Below are positions 1-8,396 of a DNA stretch of 26,055 bases, piece after piece (within the stretch, counting starts at the first letter, position 1; the number at the start of each line of letters is the position of its first letter). This DNA comes from Thecamonas trahens ATCC 50062. Taxonomy: Eukaryota > Protista > Apusomonadida. The stretch lies in the NCBI RefSeq assembly GCF_000142905.1, contig NW_013657634.1:268318-294372 (forward strand). Direction: 5' to 3'. Made by a program: the position numbers and the translations under genes. The notes beneath the pieces are model-generated. The model saw only the letters and a list, made by a program, of their open reading frames with translations, ran no database searches and had not been told where the DNA came from.

Positions 1-23
1 GGGGGGGGGGTGGGGTGGCGTAC

Positions 24-98
24 CTTGCGGGCAATGTCCTCGGCTTCGCGAGCGACCACATCTTCCACCACGTGCTGCTTAGATGGCTTGCCGCCCAT
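24..98 (-). CDS. Putative first coding exon (partial gene running off the window start). It encodes MGGKPSKQHVVEDVVAREAEDIARK and is followed by a GTACGC splice donor.
   Basis: The reverse complement of 96-98 is an ATG. A 25-codon ORF ends exactly at a GTACGC donor (minus strand, at + positions 18-23). This is the donor used by the MVP and La introns in this window. MGxxxSK is a classic N-myristoylation context. The ORF is too short to name a family. Confidence 0.3.
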
Positions 99-100
99 AG

Positions 101-148
101 TGGTGTGGTGGTGTGGTGGTGTGGTGGTGTGGTGGTGTGGTGGTGTGG
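101..148. repeat. Microsatellite (TGGTGTGG)x6.
   Basis: A direct 8-mer tandem repeat is visible. It is followed by (GGGTGGAGTAT)x3 at 163-195 and a GAT/GGT-rich tract at 230-300. Confidence 0.9.
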
Positions 149-711
149 TGTGGGTGGTGTGCGGGTGGAGTATGGGTGGAGTATGGGTGGAGTATGGCGT
201 CGTCACGTGTTGCGGTCGTCATGGTGTGGCTTGTTGTTGATGATGATGGTGATGACCATGATGATGGTAATCATTATGATCTTTATGGCGACGATCATTC
301 ATAGGTTGTGGTACATGTAGTGGCTCTGTCGAGTGCGTGGTCTCCTATCACAGTGTCTGGTGCTGCGCTCCCGAGCGCTGGCTAGAGTGTAGCCTGGCTC
401 TCGACGCGGGGTATGGCCAAAGCTGCGACATGCACCGCATACTTGCTCTGCCATCTCCTTCTCCACCTTCTGTCGGTATTTGATCTCTGCTCTGCAGGCT
501 TTCTGACAACTTCTCGCGGCTAGAAGCGTACCTCCACCAGGCGATGATGATGATCATCACCCTACGGCAGTGATGGTGACGACGTCCTTCCAATCCTGTT
601 TGTGGTTGCAAGTAATCGAAAAAATGAACCCAGGAGAACGAATAGCAATGACAAAGGACCAAGTGGAGGGCGAGAGAGAGACAGAGCCACCACTCGACTC
701 CAGCCCGCACC

Positions 712-729
712 ATGTCGTCGCAGCCTTCG
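712..729 (+). CDS. MVP: Major vault protein, exon 1 (MSSQPS).
   Basis: ATG at 712, six codons, then GTACGC at 730. With the exon 2 junction this gives MSSQPS|VIRVPPFSYIHILD, which matches the vertebrate MVP N-terminus M-x5-IIRIPPYHYIHVLD in length and sequence. Confidence 0.75.
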
Positions 730-955
730 GTACGCAGCCACAGCACCCGCCCTCCCCACACATACGCACACACACAAGCACTACAAGCACTACACGCTAC
801 TCCCTCCCAACCTCCCCCCCTCCTCCCCCCCCTTTTACCCCATTCCCCCCCCTCCCCTCCTTCCCCCCCCCCTCGCCCCGTCCCCCTCCCCCTCCACCTG
901 GCAATGGAAAGAAAGCCCCTCAGCGTTCCTTCCACCCCTTCCCCACCCTCCACAG
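730..955 (+). other. Spliceosomal intron (226 nt, phase 0) in MVP. Donor GTACGC, acceptor CACAG.
   Basis: GT at 730-731 and AG at 954-955. The interior is pyrimidine-rich with a poly-C/CT tract at 820-900 and CA repeats at 760-800. Removing it restores the conserved MVP N-terminus in frame. Confidence 0.75.
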
Positions 956-3523
956 GTCATTCGTGTCCCGCCGTTCTCGTACATCCACATTCTGGATAAC
1001 AATGTCAATGTGACGTCGATTGTGGCAGGGCCGCGGACGTACACTCGCCCGGATCATGTCCGGGTTGTGCTGGGGCCAGAGAAGATGATTACCATTCCGC
1101 CTCGGCACTACTGTGTGGTGGGTAACCCGGTGGTTCGCGATGACGGGGGCAACCCGGTGGTGGACGAATACGGGCAGTACAAGCTGCGGTTTGGCGACGA
1201 GGAGGTCCGCGAGGCGCAGGACCGTTTCCCGCTGTACCCGGGCGAGTCGCTGGTGACAGGCGTGACGCAGATGCCGGTGATCGAGACGAACACGGCGATG
1301 CTGCTGCGGGCCAAGCGCGATTTTAAGCAGACGCTTGCCGACGGCGCGACTGTCGACCGCATTGCCGGTGAGGAGTGGCTTGTTCGTGGGCCGACCGTGT
1401 TCAAGCCGATGGTGGAGGCCGAGTATGTGCGGACGGTGGAGGCGACGGTGGTGCGGCCGAACCAGGCGCTGCGTCTGCGTGCACGGCGCGACTGCATCGA
1501 CGCCAATGGGGTGCAGCGGCGGACGGGCGAGGAGTGGCAGCTGCGGTCCGAGGGCGCATACCTGCCGTCCGTTCACGAGGTGGTTGTCGACGTTGTCTCG
1601 GCGTATGTGCTGACCGAGAAAACGGCGCTGCACCTTCGTGCGACGCGCAACTTTGACGACGCGCTCGGAGTGAGCCGCCGGGCCGGCGAGGAGTGGTTGG
1701 TCACGCTCGCCGACGCCGACCAGTACATCCCGGATGTGTACGAGGCTGTGGTGGGCCAGATCGAGATCACGACGCTGACGAACCGGCAGTACTGCGTGGT
1801 GGTGGACCCTGTCGACGCGAAGACCGGTCGGCAGCGGTTCGGGCACCGCGAGGTGCGGATCGGCGAGCGGTCGTTCTTCCTCAACCCAGGCGAGCGACTC
1901 GAGTCGGGCATCGAGGACGTGTACGTGCTCGGCGAGGACGAGGCGCTGGTGATCCGCGCCAACCAGGCGTTTGACGACGTGGTGGCGAGCCGCGGCGCCG
2001 ACGGGGCGGTGACCGAGACAACGGTGGCGCGGACGCCCGGCGACCTGTGGATGATCATGGGCCCGCGCGAGTACTTTCCGCGGGTCGAGGTCTCTGTTGT
2101 TGACGTCCGGCGGGCGATTCCGCTCGACGACAACGAGGGCATCTACGTCCGCAACATCACGTCTGGCGAGGTGACGGTTGTCTCGGGCGAGAGCTACATG
2201 ATCCGCGAGGACGAGGAGCTGTGGCGCAAGGAGCTGCCGGCCGACGTGGAGGCGCTGCTGGCCAACGCTGCGACGCGCGACCCGCTGGCAGACCGGCACG
2301 CCCGCGGCAACGACGACAACACCTCGGCGTCGGGTCGCGACATGACGCGGGCGGTGACGTTCCGGGTCCCGCACAACGCGGCGGTGCAGATCTACGACTA
2401 CAAGCTCAAGGAGTCGCGGGTGGTGTTTGGCCCGGACCTTGTACTGCTCCGGCCGGACGAGCAGTTTACGCCGATCTGCCTCTCGGGTGACAAGCCGAAG
2501 CGGCCGAACGTGATCAAGTCGCTCGCGCTGCTGCTCGGCCCGGACTTTGCAACAGACATCATCACGGTGGAGACGTCGGACCACGCCCGGCTCTCGCTGC
2601 AGCTCTCGTACAACTGGCACTTTGACGTCGACCGGTCGTCGCCCGAGTCGGTCCGCAAGCTCTTTTCGATCTCGGACTTTGTGGGCGACATGTGCAAGCG
2701 CATCGCGTCTCGGGTCCGTGGCGCTGTGGCGCAGGTTCCGTTTGACGTCTTCCACAAGACCTCGGCGACGCTCATTCCCGCGGCCCTGTTTGGGCAGGAC
2801 GACGAGGGCAACGTCGGCAGCTACTACAAGTTCCCGGGCAACAACCTGGTCATCACCTCGATTGACATCCAGTCGGTGGAGCCGGTCGACCAGCGGACGC
2901 GCGACTCGCTCCAAAAGTCGGTCCAGCTCGCCATCCAGATCACCACCGCCTCGCAGGAGGCGACGGCCAAGCACAACGCCGCCCGCGTCGAGCAGGAGGC
3001 CCGCGGCGCGCTCGAGCGCCAGCGCATCCAGGACGAGGTCCGCGCCGAGGAGTCGCGCAAGGAGCTGCTCTCGCTCAAGGCCCTCTCTGCCGCCGTCGCC
3101 TCGTCCGGCCAGGCCACCGCAGAGGCCAAGGCCCGCGCTGAGGCCGCCAAGATTGCTGGCGAGTCGTCGCTCGAGGAAGCCAAGCTCAAGGTCAAGGCCC
3201 AGGAGATCGAGTCCACCGCCGAGCTTGCCCGCCTCGTCGCCCACCAGAACGCAGAGGTCGACCACATGCGCAAGCTCAACGAGCTCGAGGTCGCCAAGGC
3301 CCGTGCAGAGGCCGACATTGAGACCAAGCGCTGGGTCGAGTCGGTCGCCGCCCTCGGCCCCGAGACCATCCGCGACCTTGCTCGCGCCGGCCCCGAGACC
3401 CAGGTCGCGCTCCTCAAGTCGCTTGGTATCTCGTCGGTCCTCGTCACCGACGGCAACTCGCCCATCAACCTCTTCAACACCGCCTCGGGTCTCATCGGCT
3501 CGGGTGCCGGCGCTGACCAGTAG
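956..3523 (+). CDS. MVP: Major vault protein, exon 2 (vault repeats, shoulder and cap-helix).
   Basis: Near-colinear matches to MVP: PPRHYCVV, FPLYPGE, ALRLRARRDC, TGEEWLV (repeated), NEGIYV, VPHNAAVQIYDY, LLLGPDF, DHARLSLQLSYNWHF, SVEPVDQRTRDSLQKSVQLAIQITT, and a coiled-coil C-terminus ending PINLFNTASGL. Stop TAG at 3521-3523. Confidence 0.92.
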   Translation, partial: VIRVPPFSYIHILDNNVNVTSIVAGPRTYTRPDHVRVVLGPEKMITIPPRHYCVVGNPVVRDDGGNPVVDEYGQYKLRFGDEEVREAQDRFPLYPGESLVTGVTQMPVIETNTAMLLRAKRDFKQTLADGATVDRIAGEEWLVRGPTVFKPMVEAEYVRTVEATVVRPNQALRLRARRDCIDANGVQRRTGEEWQLRSEGAYLPSVHEVVVDVVSAYVLTEKTALHLRATRNFDDALGVSRRAGEEWLVTLADADQYIPDVYEAVVGQIEITTLTNRQYCVVVDPVDAKTGRQRFGHREVRIGERSFFLNPGERLESGIEDVYVLGEDEALVIRANQAFDDVVASRGADGAVTETTVARTPGDLWMIMGPREYFPRVEVSVVDVRRAIPLDDNEGIYVRNITSGEVTVVSGESYMIREDEELWRKELPADVEALLANAATRDPLADRHARGNDDNTSASGRDMTRAVTFRVPHNAAVQIYDYKLKESRVVFGPDLVLLRPDEQFTPICLSGDKPKRPNVIKSLALLLGPDFATDIITVETSDHARLSLQLSYNWHFDVDRSSPESVRKLFSISDFVGDMCKRIASRVRGAVAQVPFDVFHKTSATLIPAALFGQDDEGNVGSYYKFPGNNLVITSIDIQSVEPVDQRTRDSLQKSVQLAIQITTASQEATAKHNAARVEQEARGALERQRIQDEVRAEESRKELLSLKALSAAVASSGQATAEAKARAEAAKIAGESSLEEAKLKVKAQEIESTAELARLVAHQNAEVDHMRKLNELEVAKARAEADIETKRWVESVAALGPETIRDLARAGPETQVALLKSLGISSVLVTDGNSPINLFNTASGLIGSGAGADQ

Positions 3524-3592
3524 ATGCGTCGATTTGCGATTGAATGCTTCCCCCCACCCTTGTCCGACCATCATTGACTTTACTGTCCCAGC

Positions 3593-5988
3593 CTACAGCT
3601 CCTGCTTGCGCGCCGCCATTGCTGCCTGAGCGGCGGCGAGCGCGGCGGCATACGCGTCGTCGGCGTTGGCGCCGTCGTTGGCGGCAGATCCGGCGCTGTC
3701 TGTGGCGTCAAAGTCGTCGAGCTCACCGGCTGCCGCCGCGGCGTCGTCGCCGTCCTCATAGTCAAAGTCATCGAGCGACTCGGCGCCAAGGACGGCCGCG
3801 TCGGGAAGCGGCAGTGTTCGCTCGCGGCCGCGGGCAACCCGGTCGACAAACTGGGCAACAGCATCGGGTTTGAGGGCGCCGACGTAGACCGCGTACCGAG
3901 CCTTGGCCGGATCGAGAACAACCAGGGCCGGGAAGCCAAACTCCAAGTGCAGCGCTTCGTTGAACGACAGGTGGTGCGACTTGAGCCAGACTGGGCGAAC
4001 AGAGGTGGCCTTGGCCTTGCCCGCCGCCGCGCGGAGCAGGCCGCGGTACCGCAGGTTGTCCTGTGCAAACTCGGCACCGGGCGCAGCATCAAGGACCATC
4101 AGCAGGCACATGCCGGACGACTTGTCAAGGCAGGCCTGGGAGAGCCCGTCCTGATCGGCGGCGTAGGCGAGCGGAAGCGGCTTGGCCTTGGCCTTGGCCT
4201 TACTCTTGGTCTTGGTCTTGGCCTTAGCCTTGGTCTGCCCGGGCACCTCGCCGTTCTCGATCATCTCGACCTCGGCCAGGAGCTGGTTCATAAACGCACG
4301 CAGGTGCTTGAGCTTGTACGGGCCCTGATAAGGGATGAACCGGATCTGGGCGCGGTCGCCACCAAACGAGCCGGCGACAAGCAGGGCCGGGAATGACTCG
4401 ATCGAGTCCATGCCGGCGATGAACTGGGTGTTTTCGGCTGGAATCTGGGCAAAAAACAGCTTCCCACGGTAGTCGCGGGCGAGGATCTTGTACATGGTCG
4501 AGACGGTCTCGGCCTCGGAGAACAGAATGACCTTGGGCGTCGCCAGGTTATGCTGGAAAAACGCCGAGGTCGCCTCCTGGGTCTTGAGCTGCATCACATA
4601 GTTGGGCACGAAGCTCAACGCCCACTCGTAGAGCGGCTTGGCCTCGCGCGGCCCATCGTAGCGCACCGGCTTGCGCTTGGCGTTGAGCGGAAAAGCAACG
4701 AGTGCCGACTCGCCGGGCGCAAGGCTGTCCATGCCGTACTTGGCTGCGAGCTTGGGCTCAGCCTCGACATCAACCAGTCCAGTGTGGATCTTGGAGACTA
4801 GCTTGCGCGAGACCTTGTCCCACAGCGGCCTGCCAGCAGGCTCGCTGGTGTAGCTCGCGTGGCCCGCGTCGCGGACAAACTCGATGACCCACGCAATGTC
4901 CTCCACAAGGACTCGCTCGGTAAAAGCCGGCTTGTCGAGGATCTCGTAGCCAGGGCGGGCGGCCTCAGCCTCGGCCTTGGCGCGCGCGGCTTCGGCCTTG
5001 GCCTTGGCAGCCTCGGCCTTGGCGGCCTTGCGCGCCGCGCGCGCCGCGCGCGCCTCTTCCTTGGACAACGGCTTGACGTGTTCAACCTCGAGGCCATGCT
5101 CGGCCGCCACGTCGTCGACAAATGGTGGAGGACACCCAGAGTGATTTTGCCGTCGCGGCCGTCGCGGGCGGCGAGGACGGCGCCACTCACCGGGTCGATG
5201 GCCAGCAGGCCGACCTTTTCCAGCGGCGCACCGCTTCCGCCGTACCGGTGCCACACCGCGGCCATGGCCTCTGGCTTGGAGATACATGCCACACTCACAG
5301 CACCGCGGTGCTTGAATGCCAACATATCGAGAGCAATGAGCGGCTCGTCGCGCAGAAGAAGCACCAGCGGACCGTCAGTCGAATCCTTGGGCAGGGCGTC
5401 CTTGGCCACGACGCCGTCGGCCAGGCCACCGGCGAGCAGCGCAGCCGTATCGGCCTCAAACTGCTCGCGAAGGATGCCCGCCAGCCACTTGGCCACCAGC
5501 GCCTCGGAGAACTGTTCGGCGGTGTAGCGGACGGGCGACTTGTATGCGGCGCCTGCGGCATACGGATTGACCTTGAGCGCGGTAAAGGCATGCAAGGTCG
5601 GCAAAGTGGGAACCTTGTATGCCTTGAGCGTCTTGGCCGATGCCTCTGAATGCCGCACAATGCCGTAGCGGACTCCGATCTTGGCCATTCTTGGCGCAGC
5701 GCGGGTGAGCTGGGCCTCCAGCTGCGGACAGACCTTGCACATCTCGGCATCGCCGACATACAGAACCAGCCAGACCTCTGAATGCGGCGCCTTGATGACC
5801 ATCTCGTCAAAGTTGTCATCATTAAGCTCGACCAGTCCGCCCGCCTTGCCGGCCTTGCCCGCCTTGCCCGCCTTGCCGGCCTTGCCCTCTGCGCACTCGA
5901 CGGTCAGCACCAGGCCGACCAGGCCGACCATGGCCAGCAGGACCAGTACCCCTGCAGCCGTCCTCCGCATTGTCTGTCGTCGTGCCAT
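3593..5988 (-). CDS. ER-luminal protein of the protein disulfide isomerase family with multiple thioredoxin folds. It has a signal peptide, an acidic tail and a C-terminal KQEL. The active sites are noncanonical (CKVC and AGHA). It is read from two ORFs joined by a 1-nt frameshift.
   Basis: The N-terminus has a hydrophobic signal sequence, (GKA)5, and a thioredoxin-like domain with MCKVC (complement 5728-5739). The protein contains RDGK...FVDDVAAEHGLEVEHVKPL, which resembles the PDI b' domain end RDGK..[18 protein letters not shown]. It has VIEFVRDAGHASY...PLWDKV, resembling VEFYAPWCGHCK..PIWDKL but with both cysteines replaced. It has YDGPREAKPLYEWAL, resembling YTGPREADDIVNWL. The tail is acidic and ends in KQEL (complement 3596-3607). 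ORFs 4798-5988 and 3593-5287 are both on the minus strand in different frames. They switch at the AAA run at + 5120-5122. Confidence 0.75.
4181..4236. repeat. Hexanucleotide (CTTGGC)n repeat lying inside the PDI-like CDS, where it encodes KAKAKTKTKSKAKAKAK.
   Basis: Direct tandem repeat. It is in frame with the minus-strand ORF. Confidence 0.85.
5843..5887. repeat. 9-bp tandem repeat (GCCTTGCCS)x5 encoding (GKA)5 just after the signal peptide of the PDI-like protein.
   Basis: Perfect 9-mer periodicity, in frame. Confidence 0.85.
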
Positions 5989-6009
5989 GGAGGGGTGGAG
6001 TAGAGAGGT

Positions 6010-6125
6010 GTGTGGGTGGTGGGGGTGAGGGGGTTGGGGGTGGTGGGGGTCTTCGTGAATGTTGGTGCGTTGGTGGTGAGGTCAGCAGGGACGGGGGGGG
6101 GAGGGGGAGGGGAGGGGGGGGGGGC
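6010..6125. repeat. Homopurine G-tract (GGGGAGGGG-type) in the divergent intergenic region between the PDI-like gene and ALG9.
   Basis: Runs of GGGG..GAGGGGGAGGGGAGGGGGGGGGGGG at 6088-6125 and a G-rich stretch at 6010-6050. The same motif recurs at 1-10, 18786-18825 and 25992-26029. Confidence 0.85.
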
Positions 6126-6144
6126 ATCATATGAGCCCACCCAC

Positions 6145-6184
6145 ACATACATACATACATACATACATACATACATACATACAT
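6145..6184. repeat. Microsatellite (ACAT)x10.
   Basis: Direct tetranucleotide repeat. Confidence 0.95.
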
Positions 6185-6513
6185 GCGTATGTGTATACTT
6201 ACGTTTTCACACGCACATGTGTGCGCACCTCTCTGATCACACACCCCTCCCATGTCTTCCTCCTCCCACGCGATCATCATCGCCTCAATCACCATCGCAG
6301 GCTGCAGAGGTAGGCCACATGACGATGACGGGCTGGCAGATATACCATCGCACATGACCAGCATCACTGGCCACTTACACCTTCCGGCGGTCGGTCCGGC
6401 CGATGCCACGCGGGTGACTTGGTCCCCCCCCAAAGGCTCAGCACTGTGTCGACCGACACGGCTGGTCACGACACGCGACTCGTGGCCACAGTACCGATAG
6501 ACAAACAGGTGAC

Positions 6514-8379
6514 ATGGGTCGGTACTACCGGGTATGGAGCCCAAGCAGTGGGACGTTCCGCAAGGCACTGCTTGTGGCGCTTGTGATGGCTGTCTTCATG
6601 GCACCCATTCCCGACTGTGACGAGGTGTTCAACTACTGGGAGCCGCTCCACTACCTCATCCATGGCACCGGTCTGCAGACATGGGAGTACGCCTCGCAGT
6701 ATGCCCTCCGCTCGTATGCTTATCTCCTGGCTCATGCGCCACCTCTGGCTCTTCCTCTGGTGCTTAATGCTACTATTGGCTTGGGATCGCTCGCTGATGG
6801 CCGTCACTACCCTTCGGCTCCTGTGGCTGACTCGGCATGGGCTCCCGTCTGGACACGCTCGCTCCCGGGTGATGCCAACGTCAAGCTCCTGCAGTTCTTT
6901 GCCCTCCGCCTGGTTCTTGTCATTCTTGCCATATACGTTTTCTCGGCATTGTACTATGTCCTCGCGCAGCGGCTGCGTTTCTCCCACATTCCGATCTTTG
7001 TCCTCGTCTTTATGGCCCTCGCCCCGGGCCTCTTCCTCGCTGTCCCGGCCTTTGTTCCCTCATCAACTGCCATGGTCGCGCTCACTGCCGCATACGCCGC
7101 GTTTCTGGATCGCCGCGAGGCGCTAGCGGTGGCGCTTGTCGGTGTCGCCGGCCTTGTTGCCTGGCCCTTTGCCGCTTGGGCCGGCGTTCCCATCGCGCTG
7201 CACATGATGTTCCTCGGCCCGTCGCCGCTACCGATTGTCCGCCGCGTCGTCAAGTTTGTCGGCTTTGCTCTCCTCGCCGGCACCGTGCTCATCGGCCTCC
7301 TTCTTGCCATTGACTCGTCGTTCTACGGGTCTCCGGTCCTCGCCCCGCTCAACATTGTGATGTACAACGTGCTCGCCACCGCTGCCTCTGGCGGCGGCTC
7401 GGAGCTCTACGGTACCGAGCCGTGGCACTACTATATCCGCAACGGCATCGTCAACTTTAACCTTGCATTTGTCCTCGGCCTGCTTGGTCCGTTCCTCACT
7501 GTCCTCCCCGGCTGGCTCAGCCACTACAACCTTGTCTGCGGCCCGTCCCCGGCGTTCCGCTCTCGGCTCGCGGCGTACTTGTGGTCGATCTGGGCCTGGC
7601 TCGGCCTCATGCTCGCCCAGCCGCACAAGGAGGAGCGGTTCCTCTACCCGATCTATCCCGCGCTCTGTGTGTCGGCAGCTGTGACGCTTGCCTGCGGCGC
7701 ATCGCTCCTCGACAGTGTGCTGGCCAAGTGCAGCGGCGACGGTGACGCCGGCAGCAGCGCCGATGACGACGACGGCAAGGCTGCGTTTGTCACCCGCGCC
7801 TCGCTCACTTCGACGCTGGTGTGGATGATCTTGGCGCTCTTTGCCCTGCTCGCTGTCTCGCGGTCGGTGGTGATGGTGGTGGGCTACGGTGCGCCGCTCG
7901 AGGTCTACACCCATCTTGCCAACACCGAGTTTGATCCGGCGTTCCGCGCCGCGCTTCCGGTCAACGCCTCGGTCGCCGTCTGCGTCGGCAAAGAGTGGTA
8001 CCGCTTCCCGTCCCACTTTTTCTTCCCGGACGCCCGTTTCGCGCTCCATTTTATCGACGGTGGCTTTGGCGGCCTTCTCCCGCAGGCGTACGCGCCGTAT
8101 CCGGACGGGCTCAGCCGGCACGTGCCAGCCATGAACGATCGCAACGCCGCCGAGCCTTCTCGGTACGTTGCCGTCGACAACTGTGCCTACGTGGTCGATC
8201 TAGTCCTCTCGCCCGCCGACGACCTCGCTGCCCGCCAGCCAGAGACCTGGACCACTATTCTCGAGGTTCCGTTCCTCGACGCCGACGCCACGCCGGCATG
8301 GGCGCGCGCGTTCTATATCCCGTTCGTCGGGCCCCGCGCTATGGCATGGAAGCCGTACACCGTCTTCCGTCACAAGTGA
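6514..8379 (+). CDS. ALG9: ALG9 family alpha-1,2-mannosyltransferase (dolichyl-P-Man:Man6/8GlcNAc2-PP-Dol), glycosyltransferase family 22.
   Basis: DCDEVFNYWEPLHYL (6613-6657) matches the ALG9 signature DCDETFNYWEPTHYL. Other matches are TWEYASQYALRSYAYLL, LYGTEPWHYYIRNGIVNFN, QPHKEERFLYPIYP, VCVGKEWYRFPS, EPSRYV..VDL and RAFYIPF. It is a multi-pass TM protein of 621 aa, similar in size to human ALG9. Confidence 0.92.
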   Translation: MGRYYRVWSPSSGTFRKALLVALVMAVFMAPIPDCDEVFNYWEPLHYLIHGTGLQTWEYASQYALRSYAYLLAHAPPLALPLVLNATIGLGSLADGRHYPSAPVADSAWAPVWTRSLPGDANVKLLQFFALRLVLVILAIYVFSALYYVLAQRLRFSHIPIFVLVFMALAPGLFLAVPAFVPSSTAMVALTAAYAAFLDRREALAVALVGVAGLVAWPFAAWAGVPIALHMMFLGPSPLPIVRRVVKFVGFALLAGTVLIGLLLAIDSSFYGSPVLAPLNIVMYNVLATAASGGGSELYGTEPWHYYIRNGIVNFNLAFVLGLLGPFLTVLPGWLSHYNLVCGPSPAFRSRLAAYLWSIWAWLGLMLAQPHKEERFLYPIYPALCVSAAVTLACGASLLDSVLAKCSGDGDAGSSADDDDGKAAFVTRASLTSTLVWMILALFALLAVSRSVVMVVGYGAPLEVYTHLANTEFDPAFRAALPVNASVAVCVGKEWYRFPSHFFFPDARFALHFIDGGFGGLLPQAYAPYPDGLSRHVPAMNDRNAAEPSRYVAVDNCAYVVDLVLSPADDLAARQPETWTTILEVPFLDADATPAWARAFYIPFVGPRAMAWKPYTVFRHK

Positions 8380-8396
8380 ACGCGCGGTGCTTACCG

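Noticed and set aside
348-953. A 201-aa minus ORF and several short ORFs in the MVP upstream region and intron.
   Set aside because: They are low-complexity G/R-rich and span a proline/CT-rich simple sequence. They have no start context and no homology signal.
920-3574. An 884-aa minus-strand ORF antisense to MVP. Similar long alternate-frame ORFs are 2547-3629 +, 16120-17301 -, 22139-23224 +, 7228-8121 -, 12747-13586 - and 13620-14435 -.
   Set aside because: They are R/G/L/P/A-rich with no motifs. In 65% GC DNA, antisense and off-frame ORFs of this length arise without coding. Each overlaps a gene with strong homology on the other strand or frame.
5099-5190. A 92-nt intron (GTGAGT donor, AG acceptor) joining the two PDI-like ORFs.
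   Set aside because: Splicing it would delete FVDDVAAEHGLEV. That peptide, together with the preceding RDGK in the other frame, reproduces the conserved PDI b' domain end (RDGK..FLxDYFDGxLKxYLKSEP). A 1-nt indel at the AAA run 5120-5122 explains both frames better.
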